Shown in pieces: positions 18,353-27,837 of a stretch of 64,000 nt of DNA. Under the pieces are notes generated by a model. That model made no database searches. It had not been told where the DNA came from and saw nothing but the letters and a program-made list of their open reading frames with translations. A program made the translations under genes and the position numbers. Position 1 is the first letter of the stretch, and each line of letters begins with the position of its first letter. Origin of the DNA: an uncultured Bacteroidales bacterium (lineage in GTDB: Bacteria; Bacteroidota; Bacteroidia; Bacteroidales; UBA1402); assembly GCA_942493385.1 (NCBI GenBank), contig OW818699.1, positions 658,507-722,506 on the forward strand. Direction: 5' to 3'.

Positions 18353-18568
18353 TTATTCAGCGATGGAATCGTTTGCCAAGGGGGCTTGAACCGTTTTGCT
18401 ATCGTCCCCACAGTGATTTTGATGATGCATCATCATGCAGCCATGTTCCCGTTCACACATCTTATGTCCACGGTTGAAATGCTCTGAACCCATACCAAAC
18501 CACAAACCTCCGAATGTTAAGACTGCAACTGCCAATCCTATTAAAAATCCGTTTCTTCTCTTACGCAT
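18353..18568 (-). CDS. small membrane-anchored His/Cys/Met-rich protein (71 aa)
   Basis: Start at MRKRRNGFLIGLAVAVLTFGGLWF (one TM helix), then HFNRGHKMCEREHGCMMMHHQNHC. The longer ORF-track version overlaps the upstream gene. Confidence 0.45.
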   Translation of the reverse strand: MRKRRNGFLIGLAVAVLTFGGLWFGMGSEHFNRGHKMCEREHGCMMMHHQNHCGDDSKTVQAPLANDSIAE

Positions 18569-18587
18569 TGTCTTATATTTTAAAGGA

Positions 18588-18929
18588 TTACTTACTTTGT
18601 TTGTCTGATTTGCAACATTCCTCGTCGCTAGCATGCGATCCACAGCAATGACCGTGGTGATGGTGCCCATTCGAACAGCAATCGTCACTAAAAACGGTTT
18701 TGAATTCTTCGAATTCTTCATCACTCATCTTGCGAATACGATCGGCCAGATAAAACATCTTCCTGGAACCGAAACGATGACCGCCGCAATGGTGTCTACC
18801 TCCACAACAATGAAATGCATGGATGATCATGAAAAAAATAATAAGTCCGAGCAATAACTTAGGCACGAAAAATGCCAAAGCACCTACCAAAATGCCGCCG
18901 ATGACGGCTCTTACAATTGTTCTTGTCAT
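18588..18929 (-). CDS. small membrane protein with an extremely Cys/His-rich tail (113 aa)
   Basis: Hydrophobic N-terminal ~35 aa. The last 77 aa contain 9 Cys (four CC pairs) and 11 His (HHHHGHCC). Confidence 0.55.
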   Translation of the reverse strand: MTRTIVRAVIGGILVGALAFFVPKLLLGLIIFFMIIHAFHCCGGRHHCGGHRFGSRKMFYLADRIRKMSDEEFEEFKTVFSDDCCSNGHHHHGHCCGSHASDEECCKSDKQSK

Positions 18930-18985
18930 TTGATACTTTTTTTAATTTATGTTAGTTTGAAAGTCTCCTAATGGGTAAGACGAAC

Positions 18986-19015
18986 AACGTCCGGTTTTAC
19001 TTTAAACCGGACGTT
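18986..19015. other. perfect 12-bp stem hairpin within the ECF operon
   Basis: AACGTCCGGTTT, a 6-nt loop, then AAACCGGACGTT. It lies between the stop at 19024 and the start at 18929. No U-tract follows on the coding (minus) strand. Confidence 0.5.
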
Positions 19016-19023
19016 ATTTTATT

Positions 19024-19356
19024 TTACTTGCAGCACCTTTGTTTCCATTGGTTCTTGAATTGTTGACGCTCATCGTCTGTCATCTCCATGAACTTATCCT
19101 TAAAAGGAGCATGTTGGCTGAAGTGTTGATGAACGGCATCCCGATGTTTTCGGAAACCGAACCGGAATCCGCCAAACAGGATGCGGCAGAGTACAAATAA
19201 TCCCATCGCCTGCCAATAGGTTAGGGCAGTCAACGTGCTGATGGACGGAATGATCCAATTCCAAAGCAGCGTCACCACGCCACTCACGGCAAACAGTCCA
19301 ACGGCCATCACCGGAATCATGAAGCAATTTCTTGCCCTGCAAAAAGGTTTTCTCAT
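19024..19356 (-). CDS. small membrane protein (110 aa), C-terminal MTDDERQQFK..CC motif
   Basis: Two predicted hydrophobic helices. The start lies 4 nt after the sigma factor stop. The C-terminus is paralogous to the middle of the 113-aa protein. Confidence 0.55.
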   Translation of the reverse strand: MRKPFCRARNCFMIPVMAVGLFAVSGVVTLLWNWIIPSISTLTALTYWQAMGLFVLCRILFGGFRFGFRKHRDAVHQHFSQHAPFKDKFMEMTDDERQQFKNQWKQRCCK

Positions 19357-19360
19357 ATCA

Positions 19361-19954
19361 TTACGTATTTAATTCTTCGTATAAATAATTCAGTTTGTTT
19401 CGCAAATGTTTCACTGCATAGCCTTTGCGGCTGATGATGGTCTTCAGATTTTCACCTTTCTGGTCGGCAATCTGCTGCAGCGTCATGTCCTCCATTTCGT
19501 TCAGCAAAAAGACCTCGCGTTGGTTTTCGGGCAACTCGTCCAAAGCCGTTTGGAATTCTTTCCAAAATAGTTCCTTGAAGAACGCCAACTCAGGATTGTT
19601 GGTGTCGTCCAGCAACAGTATTTCCTTAAAGTTGAAACCGCCATCCTCGTCCTCATAGGTGAATTCTTCGATGGAAAGGTTGGTTTTCTTCCTGGATTTG
19701 TCGGTAATCTTGTTGCGAGCCACTTCATACAACCAGGCGCTGACATTTTCCAGATCGCCAATGTTGCCCAAATTGCTAAGCTGCATCCATACGTCTTGTA
19801 GTATGTCCTCGGCATCCTCGTCGGATTTCACCCGCTTCCGCACAAAGCCAGACAACTTACGGTTGAATACCTTGATGGTCTCCGTGATGGATTTGGCTTT
19901 TTGCGCGCTCATTGGTAGTTGAAGTGCTGTCTCCATACTAATGAAGACGAACAT
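19361..19954 (-). CDS. ECF-type RNA polymerase sigma-70 family factor
   Basis: Region 2 (DAEDILQDVWMQL...WLYEVARNKITD) and region 4 (LQQIADQKGENLKTIISRKGYAVKHLR). The true start may be the internal Met at 19936 or 19912. Confidence 0.85.
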   Translation of the reverse strand: MFVFISMETALQLPMSAQKAKSITETIKVFNRKLSGFVRKRVKSDEDAEDILQDVWMQLSNLGNIGDLENVSAWLYEVARNKITDKSRKKTNLSIEEFTYEDEDGGFNFKEILLLDDTNNPELAFFKELFWKEFQTALDELPENQREVFLLNEMEDMTLQQIADQKGENLKTIISRKGYAVKHLRNKLNYLYEELNT

Positions 19955-19979
19955 AGTCTGATTTTACTTTACTAAAAGC

Positions 19980-21980
19980 TTATTTTTTTACGGAAATTTT
20001 CAGCGTTTGCCCGGTACTGGATTCCTTAGCCAAATAAATGCCAGTTTCTACCTTGACACCTTTTTGGTCGCAGAGGTCCCAATGGATGGTTCCTGAGCCT
20101 GAATTCTGCAGCGTTTTTACCTGCCTGCCCTTCAGATCGTAGATGATTACCTTTTGGCTGCCCAACCTAGTGGTTTCCAATCGGATGGTGGTGAAGTTCG
20201 TTGCTGGATTCGGCGAGCAGCTAATTCTTGTCTCGGTCGAAGCCGTGGTCGTCACCGGTACTGCACCACTCAGCGTCGGGTAAAACTTGAGCCCCTCCAC
20301 CCGGTTGCCTACAAAATCGACATTGGTCTCCACTTCGCAGATGTTCAGTGCGAAATCGTGGTTGCCAGTTGTTTGCAGCGTTTTTACCAACAGGGTGTTC
20401 ATGCCTTGGTTCAGGTGAATGGTCTTGGTTTCGGCAATGTAATTGTACAGGCGAACACCCGAATAATTGTACACCAAACTGTGATTCAAATACACGTACA
20501 TGCCTTCGTCCGAACCCACCTGAAGCAGCGCGTCGGTTTCTTTCGGAGCATACACATAGCTGAACGCATAAGCCACGATGTTGTTGGTGTAGCTGAAATA
20601 ATTGCCCAAGTCGATGTTGTCGTCAAAGAAGTACATTGGTACTGACCAACCTCCAACACTGGGTTTTGGTTCAACAGCCGATTCGTTGGATATGAAATTC
20701 TGGGTGATGGGGTTGCTGATGCTTCCTACTGGGTAAGCGCTTGAAACCAGCCATTTACGATTGGTCTGACCAAACATCAATCGCGGGTCACCAGTCAGTT
20801 TCTTCAACCTTTTAGCGACATGAGCCATCGGTGAACCGACCGTGGTGATGAGTTTGGGGTCGTTGGTGCCAAGGCCGGCCAGTTCAGCCAAGGCAATGTG
20901 ATCGACATCGTCCGGGTTGAAACCTGTAAGACGGGCACAGACATTATCAACGGCAACGGGATCGTTGCCAACCAAGATGGTGTTCATTCGCACTTGATTG
21001 GCTAAGGTTTTTGAGTACGACTTCTGTCGCTCCAAACACAAGGTGGCATCCACCACTACCAGGTCAATGCCATCCAACAGGCACAAGTCGACAATTTCCT
21101 CATCGGTCCAGTCTCGAGGGGCATCGGCGTTGTGAATCAGTTTGTTAACTGATCCTGCAGCCAAGACGCCCTTTACTTTGTTGAATCCGTATCGGTTTCC
21201 TGGTGCAGTGCCAATCTGATTCTTTAGTGCAACGGTGATGCCTGGGTTATGCACTTTCAACACCGGCACTGTAATGTAAACTTCGGCCGTGGTGATTGCG
21301 TTGTGAATGTAATATTTACCCTTTTGTGGTGTCGCGTAGCCCCCATTCGGAACAATTCTTTCGGTTAGGTTCTGTAACGGATTGGCAGAGAAGCCACCGT
21401 TCAGATTAACGGTATCAACATTGATGCCCAGTCCCTTCAGCTCATCAAGAGCAGCTGGATAACCAGTTTTGTCCCACAATTCAGTCCAAGCGGCCGTACC
21501 GCCACTATAGGTTGTTTCATAGGGCATAGGCCTGGGTGATCCTTCCCCAATTTTGATGGTGCAATTGCCAGCACATTTCCAATGAACATATTTGACAATG
21601 GCCTTGATGACCCGAGTATCGGTATTCTCACCGATTTGATCGGCAACGGCGCCTACAATGTTTGGTTTGATGAGTACCTTGACCCCAGGTTTCAGCAATT
21701 TAGCGGCCGAACCCTGCAGATCCAATGCCTTCCAAACCATGGAGTCGATTTGGCTCTGAGTCAACGTGGTGGTGAGGGGCACAGGCGAAGATAAACCGGA
21801 GAAGTCCGATCCGATGATTGCAACCCTTGTGCTGTCTCTTCTGGTTGAGTCTATGTCAGACAATTTTTTATATAGGGGGTAGCTTATCTGAACCTGCTTG
21901 ACCATGGCCAAATCCCAGGAAAACAGTCCTATTGCTACGATCCCAAAGAAGACATAACCCTTCCATTTCTTGATTTTCAT
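19980..21980 (-). CDS. DUF362-like domain protein with N-terminal membrane anchor/signal, a beta-sandwich region and a T9SS CTD
   Basis: VLIKPNIVGAV and downstream region resemble DUF362. The C-terminus CSPNPATNFTTIRLE...VIIYDLKGRQVKTL...GIYLAK is a typical T9SS sorting domain. Confidence 0.65.
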   Translation of the reverse strand: MKIKKWKGYVFFGIVAIGLFSWDLAMVKQVQISYPLYKKLSDIDSTRRDSTRVAIIGSDFSGLSSPVPLTTTLTQSQIDSMVWKALDLQGSAAKLLKPGVKVLIKPNIVGAVADQIGENTDTRVIKAIVKYVHWKCAGNCTIKIGEGSPRPMPYETTYSGGTAAWTELWDKTGYPAALDELKGLGINVDTVNLNGGFSANPLQNLTERIVPNGGYATPQKGKYYIHNAITTAEVYITVPVLKVHNPGITVALKNQIGTAPGNRYGFNKVKGVLAAGSVNKLIHNADAPRDWTDEEIVDLCLLDGIDLVVVDATLCLERQKSYSKTLANQVRMNTILVGNDPVAVDNVCARLTGFNPDDVDHIALAELAGLGTNDPKLITTVGSPMAHVAKRLKKLTGDPRLMFGQTNRKWLVSSAYPVGSISNPITQNFISNESAVEPKPSVGGWSVPMYFFDDNIDLGNYFSYTNNIVAYAFSYVYAPKETDALLQVGSDEGMYVYLNHSLVYNYSGVRLYNYIAETKTIHLNQGMNTLLVKTLQTTGNHDFALNICEVETNVDFVGNRVEGLKFYPTLSGAVPVTTTASTETRISCSPNPATNFTTIRLETTRLGSQKVIIYDLKGRQVKTLQNSGSGTIHWDLCDQKGVKVETGIYLAKESSTGQTLKISVKK

Positions 21981-21990
21981 GCTGTTTCAA

Positions 21991-22929
21991 TTAGAAATAA
22001 TGGTAAATAAGTCCCATCAAGATGGCGCCGATGATGGAAACCGAGAAATAAAGATAGACAATTTGTTTCTTATATACTGAAAGTATCAATACTACTGTCG
22101 CCACTTTGGTTGCCGGGCCTGAAATGAAGTAGGCCAGGATGGCTCCCTTGTCGGCACCTAAGTCGGCTAGTTGTTGTATGACAGGCAGTTCAGCCCCGCC
22201 GCAAGTATAAAATGGTACGCCAGCCAATGTCGCCGCAAAAATTGACACAACGTGGTTGCTTCCCAACATGGTCGAAAGCCAGGCAACGGGTATGAACACT
22301 TTGGTCAAAGCTGCAATAAATATGCCAATGAAGAAGTATTTGGAAATGTACTTTGTGTAAGCTAAGGCTTCATTCCAAAAGGTGCGTTTCTTGATGAGTG
22401 TGGAGGCATCGCCACTGGGTAGATTCTTAACAGCAGTTGTCAGATTCCGCATCCAATAATGTGTAATAAGTCCTGCGCTGATACCCAATACGAATGCACT
22501 TACAACGCGCATCACCGCCATCTCAAGACCCAATGCGCCCGTTGTGAGAAGAAACAAGCCCGGATTGATCAACGGGGAGGACACCATGAATGTAACGACA
22601 GGCGCTAGTGGTAAACCGGCTATGACCAAAGCTGCGGCCAAGGGAATGACCACATAACTTCCCAATGGAGAAACGATGCCAAGCACGGCTGCCAACACAA
22701 TGGAAAGGTGCACGTTCTTACCAGAAATGAACCGTTTCAGATTATCCGCTGTTGTGTATTGTTTGATTACCGTTGAAAGGAAAATGCTTATCACCAGATA
22801 AGGTAACAGCTGGAGGATCAACACATAGACTTGTTCAAGAACCCTCCAAGTATGACTCTGCAGAAATCGGTAATAAAGGTCGTTCCAGTTGACGTCCAGA
22901 TAGATTTTGTTGATAGCGAGATAAATCAT
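21991..22929 (-). CDS. permease, UPF0718/ArsP_1-like
   Basis: About 8 hydrophobic helices, with an SPLINPG motif and a FYTCGGAELPVIQQL motif resembling the predicted-permease family. Confidence 0.7.
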   Translation of the reverse strand: MIYLAINKIYLDVNWNDLYYRFLQSHTWRVLEQVYVLILQLLPYLVISIFLSTVIKQYTTADNLKRFISGKNVHLSIVLAAVLGIVSPLGSYVVIPLAAALVIAGLPLAPVVTFMVSSPLINPGLFLLTTGALGLEMAVMRVVSAFVLGISAGLITHYWMRNLTTAVKNLPSGDASTLIKKRTFWNEALAYTKYISKYFFIGIFIAALTKVFIPVAWLSTMLGSNHVVSIFAATLAGVPFYTCGGAELPVIQQLADLGADKGAILAYFISGPATKVATVVLILSVYKKQIVYLYFSVSIIGAILMGLIYHYF

Positions 22930-22957
22930 TCCGTAAATATATTGAACTTTTTTCTAA

Positions 22958-22965
22958 TACCTTTG
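22958..22965 (+). promoter_or_regulatory. candidate -7 box (TACCTTTG)
   Basis: TAnnTTTG match 25 nt upstream of ATG 22990. Confidence 0.45.
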
Positions 22966-22989
22966 TATCTATCACTAAGACATACTGAT

Positions 22990-23574
22990 ATGAATCCCAA
23001 AGTTGACCTTTTCCTCAGCAAGCTAACCAAGTGGCAGCTGGAGTTGGAACGTTTACGAATGATCCTTTTAGACAGCCCACTCACCGAAGAGGTAAAGTGG
23101 AGCGTCCCAATCTATACCTTCGATGGAAAAAACGTCATGGGTATTAACGGGATGAAGGATTATGTTTCACTCTCCTTTTTTAAGGGATCTTTGCTCCAAG
23201 ACAAGGCTGGTGTGCTACTACAAGCGTCTGAACATACCCACGGTGCTCGCAGTATCCACTTCACCAGTTTAGAAGAAATTGTGGAAAAAGAAGCACTGCT
23301 TAAAGCCTATGTGTTGGAAGCCATCGAAGTAGAGAAGACCGGTATGAAAGTGCAGGTGGAAAAGCCAGCCGACTTGCATGTTCCAGAAGAATTTCAAAAT
23401 AGATTGGACGAAGTCACCGGTCTAAAAGCGTCTTTTGAGGCCTTGACACCAGGAAGGCAGCGAGCTTACCTCCTATATTTCGCACAAGCCAAACAATCGG
23501 CAACCCGTGCCTCCAGGGTGGAGCAGTTCATTCCGCGCATTCTGATGGGAAAGGGACCAACCGACCCGATGTAA
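22990..23574 (+). CDS. YdeI/DUF1801-type protein
   Basis: MNPKVDLFLSKLTKWQLELERLRMILL...VKWSVPIYTFDGKNV and C-terminal PGRQRAYLLYFAQAK..TRASRVEQ motifs. Confidence 0.7.
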   Translation: MNPKVDLFLSKLTKWQLELERLRMILLDSPLTEEVKWSVPIYTFDGKNVMGINGMKDYVSLSFFKGSLLQDKAGVLLQASEHTHGARSIHFTSLEEIVEKEALLKAYVLEAIEVEKTGMKVQVEKPADLHVPEEFQNRLDEVTGLKASFEALTPGRQRAYLLYFAQAKQSATRASRVEQFIPRILMGKGPTDPM

Positions 23575-23586
23575 GATTTGTTAACT

Positions 23587-24390
23587 ATGTCAGAATCAAT
23601 TTATCAGGGTGGTCGAATGCCTGCGCTGTTTGTCGGACATGGAAGTCCGATGTATGCCATTGAGGAAAATGAATTTGTGCGTACGTGGCGAGAATTAGGT
23701 GCTGAATTGCCCAAGCCAAAAGCCATTTTGGCCGTTTCAGCACATTGGGAAACGCATGGCACTCAAGTAACTGCCATGCAGAAACCCCAAACCATACATG
23801 ATTTTGGCGGCTTTCCACAAGCTTTGTTCGATGTACAATATCCTGCTCCAGGTAGTCCTGAACTGGCTAATGATGCCATTCGGACTGTAAAAAGCAGTCC
23901 AGTAACAGCCGACGACCGCTGGGGGCTCGATCACGGGACTTGGAGCGTCATCCGACGCATCTATCCCAATGCTGACATCCCCATTGTCCAGTTGAGTCTG
24001 GATTATCATAAGACTCCCCAGCAGCATTACGACTTGGCCAAGGAATTGGCAACGTTTCGCGACAAAGGATGCCTTATCGTTGGGAGCGGTAACATCGTTC
24101 ACAACCTCCGCCAAGTAGCTTGGGACAAACCTGACGACGCTGAATACGGACATGATTGGGCGCTCGAAGCCAATGCCCTGCTGAAGAAACTAATTCTGGA
24201 AAACGACCACAAATCCCTTATAAACTATCAGTCCTTGGGTCGTGCCGTTCAATTGGCTGCTCCCACACCCGATCACTTCTTGCCCTTGCTTTACGCCTTG
24301 GCATTGAAGCAAAAAGACGAGGCACTCACTTTTTTCAATGATAAGGCGGTAATGGGCTCATTGACGATGACTTCGGTAAAAATCGGATGA
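23587..24390 (+). CDS. ygiD: 4,5-DOPA dioxygenase extradiol-like (LigB family, YgiD type)
   Basis: PALFVGHGSPMYA, AHWET, GSGNIVHNLR and PTPDHFLPLLY motifs. Confidence 0.85.
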   Translation: MSESIYQGGRMPALFVGHGSPMYAIEENEFVRTWRELGAELPKPKAILAVSAHWETHGTQVTAMQKPQTIHDFGGFPQALFDVQYPAPGSPELANDAIRTVKSSPVTADDRWGLDHGTWSVIRRIYPNADIPIVQLSLDYHKTPQQHYDLAKELATFRDKGCLIVGSGNIVHNLRQVAWDKPDDAEYGHDWALEANALLKKLILENDHKSLINYQSLGRAVQLAAPTPDHFLPLLYALALKQKDEALTFFNDKAVMGSLTMTSVKIG

Positions 24391-24501
24391 CTATTTTTTT
24401 ATAGCGGTGTTTTTATTTAATATTGCGAATGCTTTTACGCGGTTATTCACATAAAATCCGTTTAATTAGCAAAACTTAAGCTGTATTAAATTAAATACCA
24501 A

Positions 24502-26115
24502 ATGGTTAGTACTATTAAAAAGCATTTCCTGACTCCGATTAAGCTGCTATTTTTATTGCTGTTGCTTCTTCAAATCTCGTGTCAATCTCCTTCCAAAAAG
24601 GCACCAGCACCTGAAAAAGATTCTTTCAGATTTCTGGAGATGGACATAACTCAGATTCAACAAGGCTACAAGAACGGAAGTTTCACCATCAAGGAAGTGG
24701 TTCAAGCCTATCTGGACAGGATTGACGAATTAGACAAAAACGGCCCTGAGTTGAATTCCATCATTATGGTGAATCCGGATGCTCTACAAATTGCAGCAGC
24801 ATTGGACAAAGAGATGAAGCAGACGGGCAAGATTCGTGGACCCTTGTTCGGCATACCGGTTGTGCTGAAAGATAACATCGACACGCACGACAAGATGCCA
24901 TGCACTGCGGGTTCCAAAGCGCTTTCAAGTTCTTATCCGTTAAAGGATAGTTATGTAGCCAGTCAGTTGAGGGCTGCAGGTGCCATCATCCTAGCTAAAT
25001 CCAACTTGAGCGAGTGGGCCAATTTTCGAGGCCAAATGTCTACTAGCGGTTGGAGTGGAGTGGGTGGACTGACAAAAAATCCATACGAGTTGAGTCGGAA
25101 TGCATGCGGATCGAGTTCGGGTTCAGCGGTGGCGGTTTCAGCCAATTTAACAACGATAGCCATTGGAACCGAAACCGACGGCTCCATCGTTTGCCCGTCT
25201 CACATCAATGGCATTGTGGGATTAAAACCTACGGTTGGGCTTTTAAGTCGTACCGGAATCATCCCGATTTCATTTACGCAAGATACGCCGGGGCCGATGG
25301 GTCGAACGGTTCGAGATGTGGCCTTATGCCTCGGTGCGCTGGTGGGTGTTGATTCCACAGATGTAAAAACGCTGGTAAGTGAGGGTCATTTTTATAACGA
25401 TTATACGCAGTTTTTAAAGAAAGATGGGCTCAAGGGAAAGCGACTTGGTTTGTACAAAGCGCCTTATGGTATGAATTATAAGGTGGATACGTTGATGAAT
25501 CAGGCTGTGGCTTTTCTGAAAAGTCAGGGTGCGGAAATCGTTGAAATAGTAGAGATTTCAGGCTCAAGTGTTGGCCAAAATGAAATGGAGGTAATGCTTT
25601 ATGAATACAAGGATGGAATTAACAAGTATCTCCGTTCTCTCGGGTCAAAAGCTCCCGTCAAAAACATGTCTGATGTGATCGCATTTAATAAAGCAGATGC
25701 GTTGGAACTGCGATATTTCAATCAACATTTTCTAGAACAGGCCAACAAAAAGGGTGATTTGAATACCAAAGAATATAAGGAGGCTCTTGCTAACCTACTC
25801 AAAGGCAGCCGTCAAGAGGGTATCGACAAAGTGATGGATCAAAATAATCTGGACGCCATCATTGCCCCGACCGGTTCGCCTGCTTGGAAAACCGATCTGA
25901 TAAACGGTGACAGTTATGGGTTTGGAACCTCTTCGCCCGCCGCAACGGCGGGATACCCGAACATTACAGTCCCCATAGGCTTTGTGGATGAACTGCCGGT
26001 CGGCATTTCGTTTTTCGGCAGAGCATGGAGTGAGCCGGTATTGCTGGAGATAGCCTATTCCTACGAAATGGGTACCAAACATCGCAAGGCGCCAAAGTTT
26101 CTAACAGAGAATTAG
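24502..26115 (+). CDS. amidase signature family enzyme, secreted/lipoprotein
   Basis: Signal peptide with LQISC. Amidase signature GIPVVLKDNIDT and GSSSGSAVAVS. Confidence 0.85.
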   Translation: MVSTIKKHFLTPIKLLFLLLLLLQISCQSPSKKAPAPEKDSFRFLEMDITQIQQGYKNGSFTIKEVVQAYLDRIDELDKNGPELNSIIMVNPDALQIAAALDKEMKQTGKIRGPLFGIPVVLKDNIDTHDKMPCTAGSKALSSSYPLKDSYVASQLRAAGAIILAKSNLSEWANFRGQMSTSGWSGVGGLTKNPYELSRNACGSSSGSAVAVSANLTTIAIGTETDGSIVCPSHINGIVGLKPTVGLLSRTGIIPISFTQDTPGPMGRTVRDVALCLGALVGVDSTDVKTLVSEGHFYNDYTQFLKKDGLKGKRLGLYKAPYGMNYKVDTLMNQAVAFLKSQGAEIVEIVEISGSSVGQNEMEVMLYEYKDGINKYLRSLGSKAPVKNMSDVIAFNKADALELRYFNQHFLEQANKKGDLNTKEYKEALANLLKGSRQEGIDKVMDQNNLDAIIAPTGSPAWKTDLINGDSYGFGTSSPAATAGYPNITVPIGFVDELPVGISFFGRAWSEPVLLEIAYSYEMGTKHRKAPKFLTEN

Positions 26116-26807
26116 TTGTCTCCTTTAATACCGATTAAGCTGTAGAACCCTTCTTTGTAGCTGTCACTGATTGGTATCAGATTGTCTGGCATCTTGATGC
26201 GATGGCGTTCCACCGATGTGATTTTATTGATGGACACGATGTACGATTTGTGAACTCGGCAGAATAAGCTCTTTGGAAGTAGCTTCTCCAATTCGGAAAA
26301 GGTCTGAAGGGTCAGTATTTTCTTGGTAGTTGTCCGGATGTTTCGATAATCGCCCATGCCTTCAACGTAAAGAATATCATCAACGGCAATTCGTTCCAAA
26401 CGGTATTCTGTTTTGACAAAGATGTAGTCTTTATCGTCTTTGTGTTCTTTTTCGATGGCGTCGTACACCCGTTCTACAGAGCTTATAAAACGGTCAAAAC
26501 CAAATGGTTTCAGCAGATAGTCGGCCACATGGAGTTCGAATCCTTTCAGCGCGTATTTGTCGTAAGCCGTAGTGATGATTATTTGTGGCTTCTTGCTCAA
26601 GGATTCAATCAGCTCAATACCCGTGAATCCGTCCATTTCAATGTCCAGAAACATCAAGTCGATATCCCGAACTTTTACAAAACCGATGGCCTCAAAGCCG
26701 TTGGTGAAGGTTGCCAGCAGGTTCAGGTAGGGAACACGACTTACAAAATCGCTGGTTCGCTTTAGGGCAAGTGGCTCGTCTTCAACGATAATGCAGTTAA
26801 TGACCAT
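26112..26807 (-). CDS. LytTR-family response regulator
   Basis: Receiver domain (IIVEDEPLA...MFLDIEMDG) plus LytTR DNA-binding domain (FCRVHKSYIVSINKI). Confidence 0.9.
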   Translation of the reverse strand: MVINCIIVEDEPLALKRTSDFVSRVPYLNLLATFTNGFEAIGFVKVRDIDLMFLDIEMDGFTGIELIESLSKKPQIIITTAYDKYALKGFELHVADYLLKPFGFDRFISSVERVYDAIEKEHKDDKDYIFVKTEYRLERIAVDDILYVEGMGDYRNIRTTTKKILTLQTFSELEKLLPKSLFCRVHKSYIVSINKITSVERHRIKMPDNLIPISDSYKEGFYSLIGIKGDN

Positions 26808-27837
26808 TTTCCAGTTTTATTTTGAGTGAAACGGTAAACCAATTTTCCAATTCTTCAATAGTCAAAACGTGTCTTCTGGGATACAATAAATTCAACCGCT
26901 GTCGAATGGTCTCAATGCCCAGACCTTCGTTCTTGATAACGTTGAGATAATGCGACTCATAGTAGTTTTTACATTGCATGTGCATAGAATCCTTGGCGAC
27001 TTCAAACCGAATGACAATGGCGTGTTCAATGGATTTGTTTTTGGAGAACTTGAAGGCGTTTTCAATGAAGGGGAGGAAAATCATGGGCACGATTTTCTGG
27101 TCGCCAACTTCTCCAACGATTTCGAAATCGACGTACGAAACGTTGGCCGTCCTTATTTTCTGCAGCTCGATGTAATTCCTGATCTGTTCGATTTCGCGGG
27201 TTAAGGTTGTTTCGTCTTCCTTGGTTTCGTACAAGACGTAACGAAGTATGTCGGAGAGCTTTTTCAAATAGTCTGAAGCGATTTTGGGTGATTCTTCGAT
27301 GAGTATGTCGATGTTGTTGAGGGAGTTAAACAGGAAGTGGGGGTTGAGTTGCGCTTTCAGCAATAATAAGGCACTCTCACTTTCCAACTGCCTTTTTTGT
27401 AGTGCTCTTTTCTCTGAAATGTCGAGCAACCAGAGGATGATGCCTTTGAGGACACCGGCAAAGATACCCCAGGTCGAGACAATGATGAAATAGTAGGTTC
27501 CGAAAACATGGTAAACCACATAATCCTGTGAGCCAAGCAACACCATTGCCATTGGTATCATGATCAAGATGCTCCAGCCCAAAAACAAATAGGCGCGAAA
27601 CGATTTTTTCTGATGCAGGCTATAGGAGGTGACAAAATACAATAGGTAAAAAACAGCCATCAACACATACATTGGAGGATCAGTCCTTATTGGCTCATGT
27701 GTACTCCAAAAATTGAAAAAGGTAGTTCCGGTCATGTAACCGCCTTTCATGATGCCAATGTACCACACATAAGGCATCCCCACCAGAAAGGCAAACCAAA
27801 ATAAAAGATGCAAAACAACTTCAACGATTTTCTTCAT
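26797..27837 (-). CDS. LytS-type sensor histidine kinase
   Basis: N-terminal TM helices, then the His_kinase motif LKAQLNPHFLFNSLNNI and an ATPase region. It overlaps the response regulator gene by 11 nt. Confidence 0.85.
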   Translation of the reverse strand: MKKIVEVVLHLLFWFAFLVGMPYVWYIGIMKGGYMTGTTFFNFWSTHEPIRTDPPMYVLMAVFYLLYFVTSYSLHQKKSFRAYLFLGWSILIMIPMAMVLLGSQDYVVYHVFGTYYFIIVSTWGIFAGVLKGIILWLLDISEKRALQKRQLESESALLLLKAQLNPHFLFNSLNNIDILIEESPKIASDYLKKLSDILRYVLYETKEDETTLTREIEQIRNYIELQKIRTANVSYVDFEIVGEVGDQKIVPMIFLPFIENAFKFSKNKSIEHAIVIRFEVAKDSMHMQCKNYYESHYLNVIKNEGLGIETIRQRLNLLYPRRHVLTIEELENWFTVSLKIKLENGH

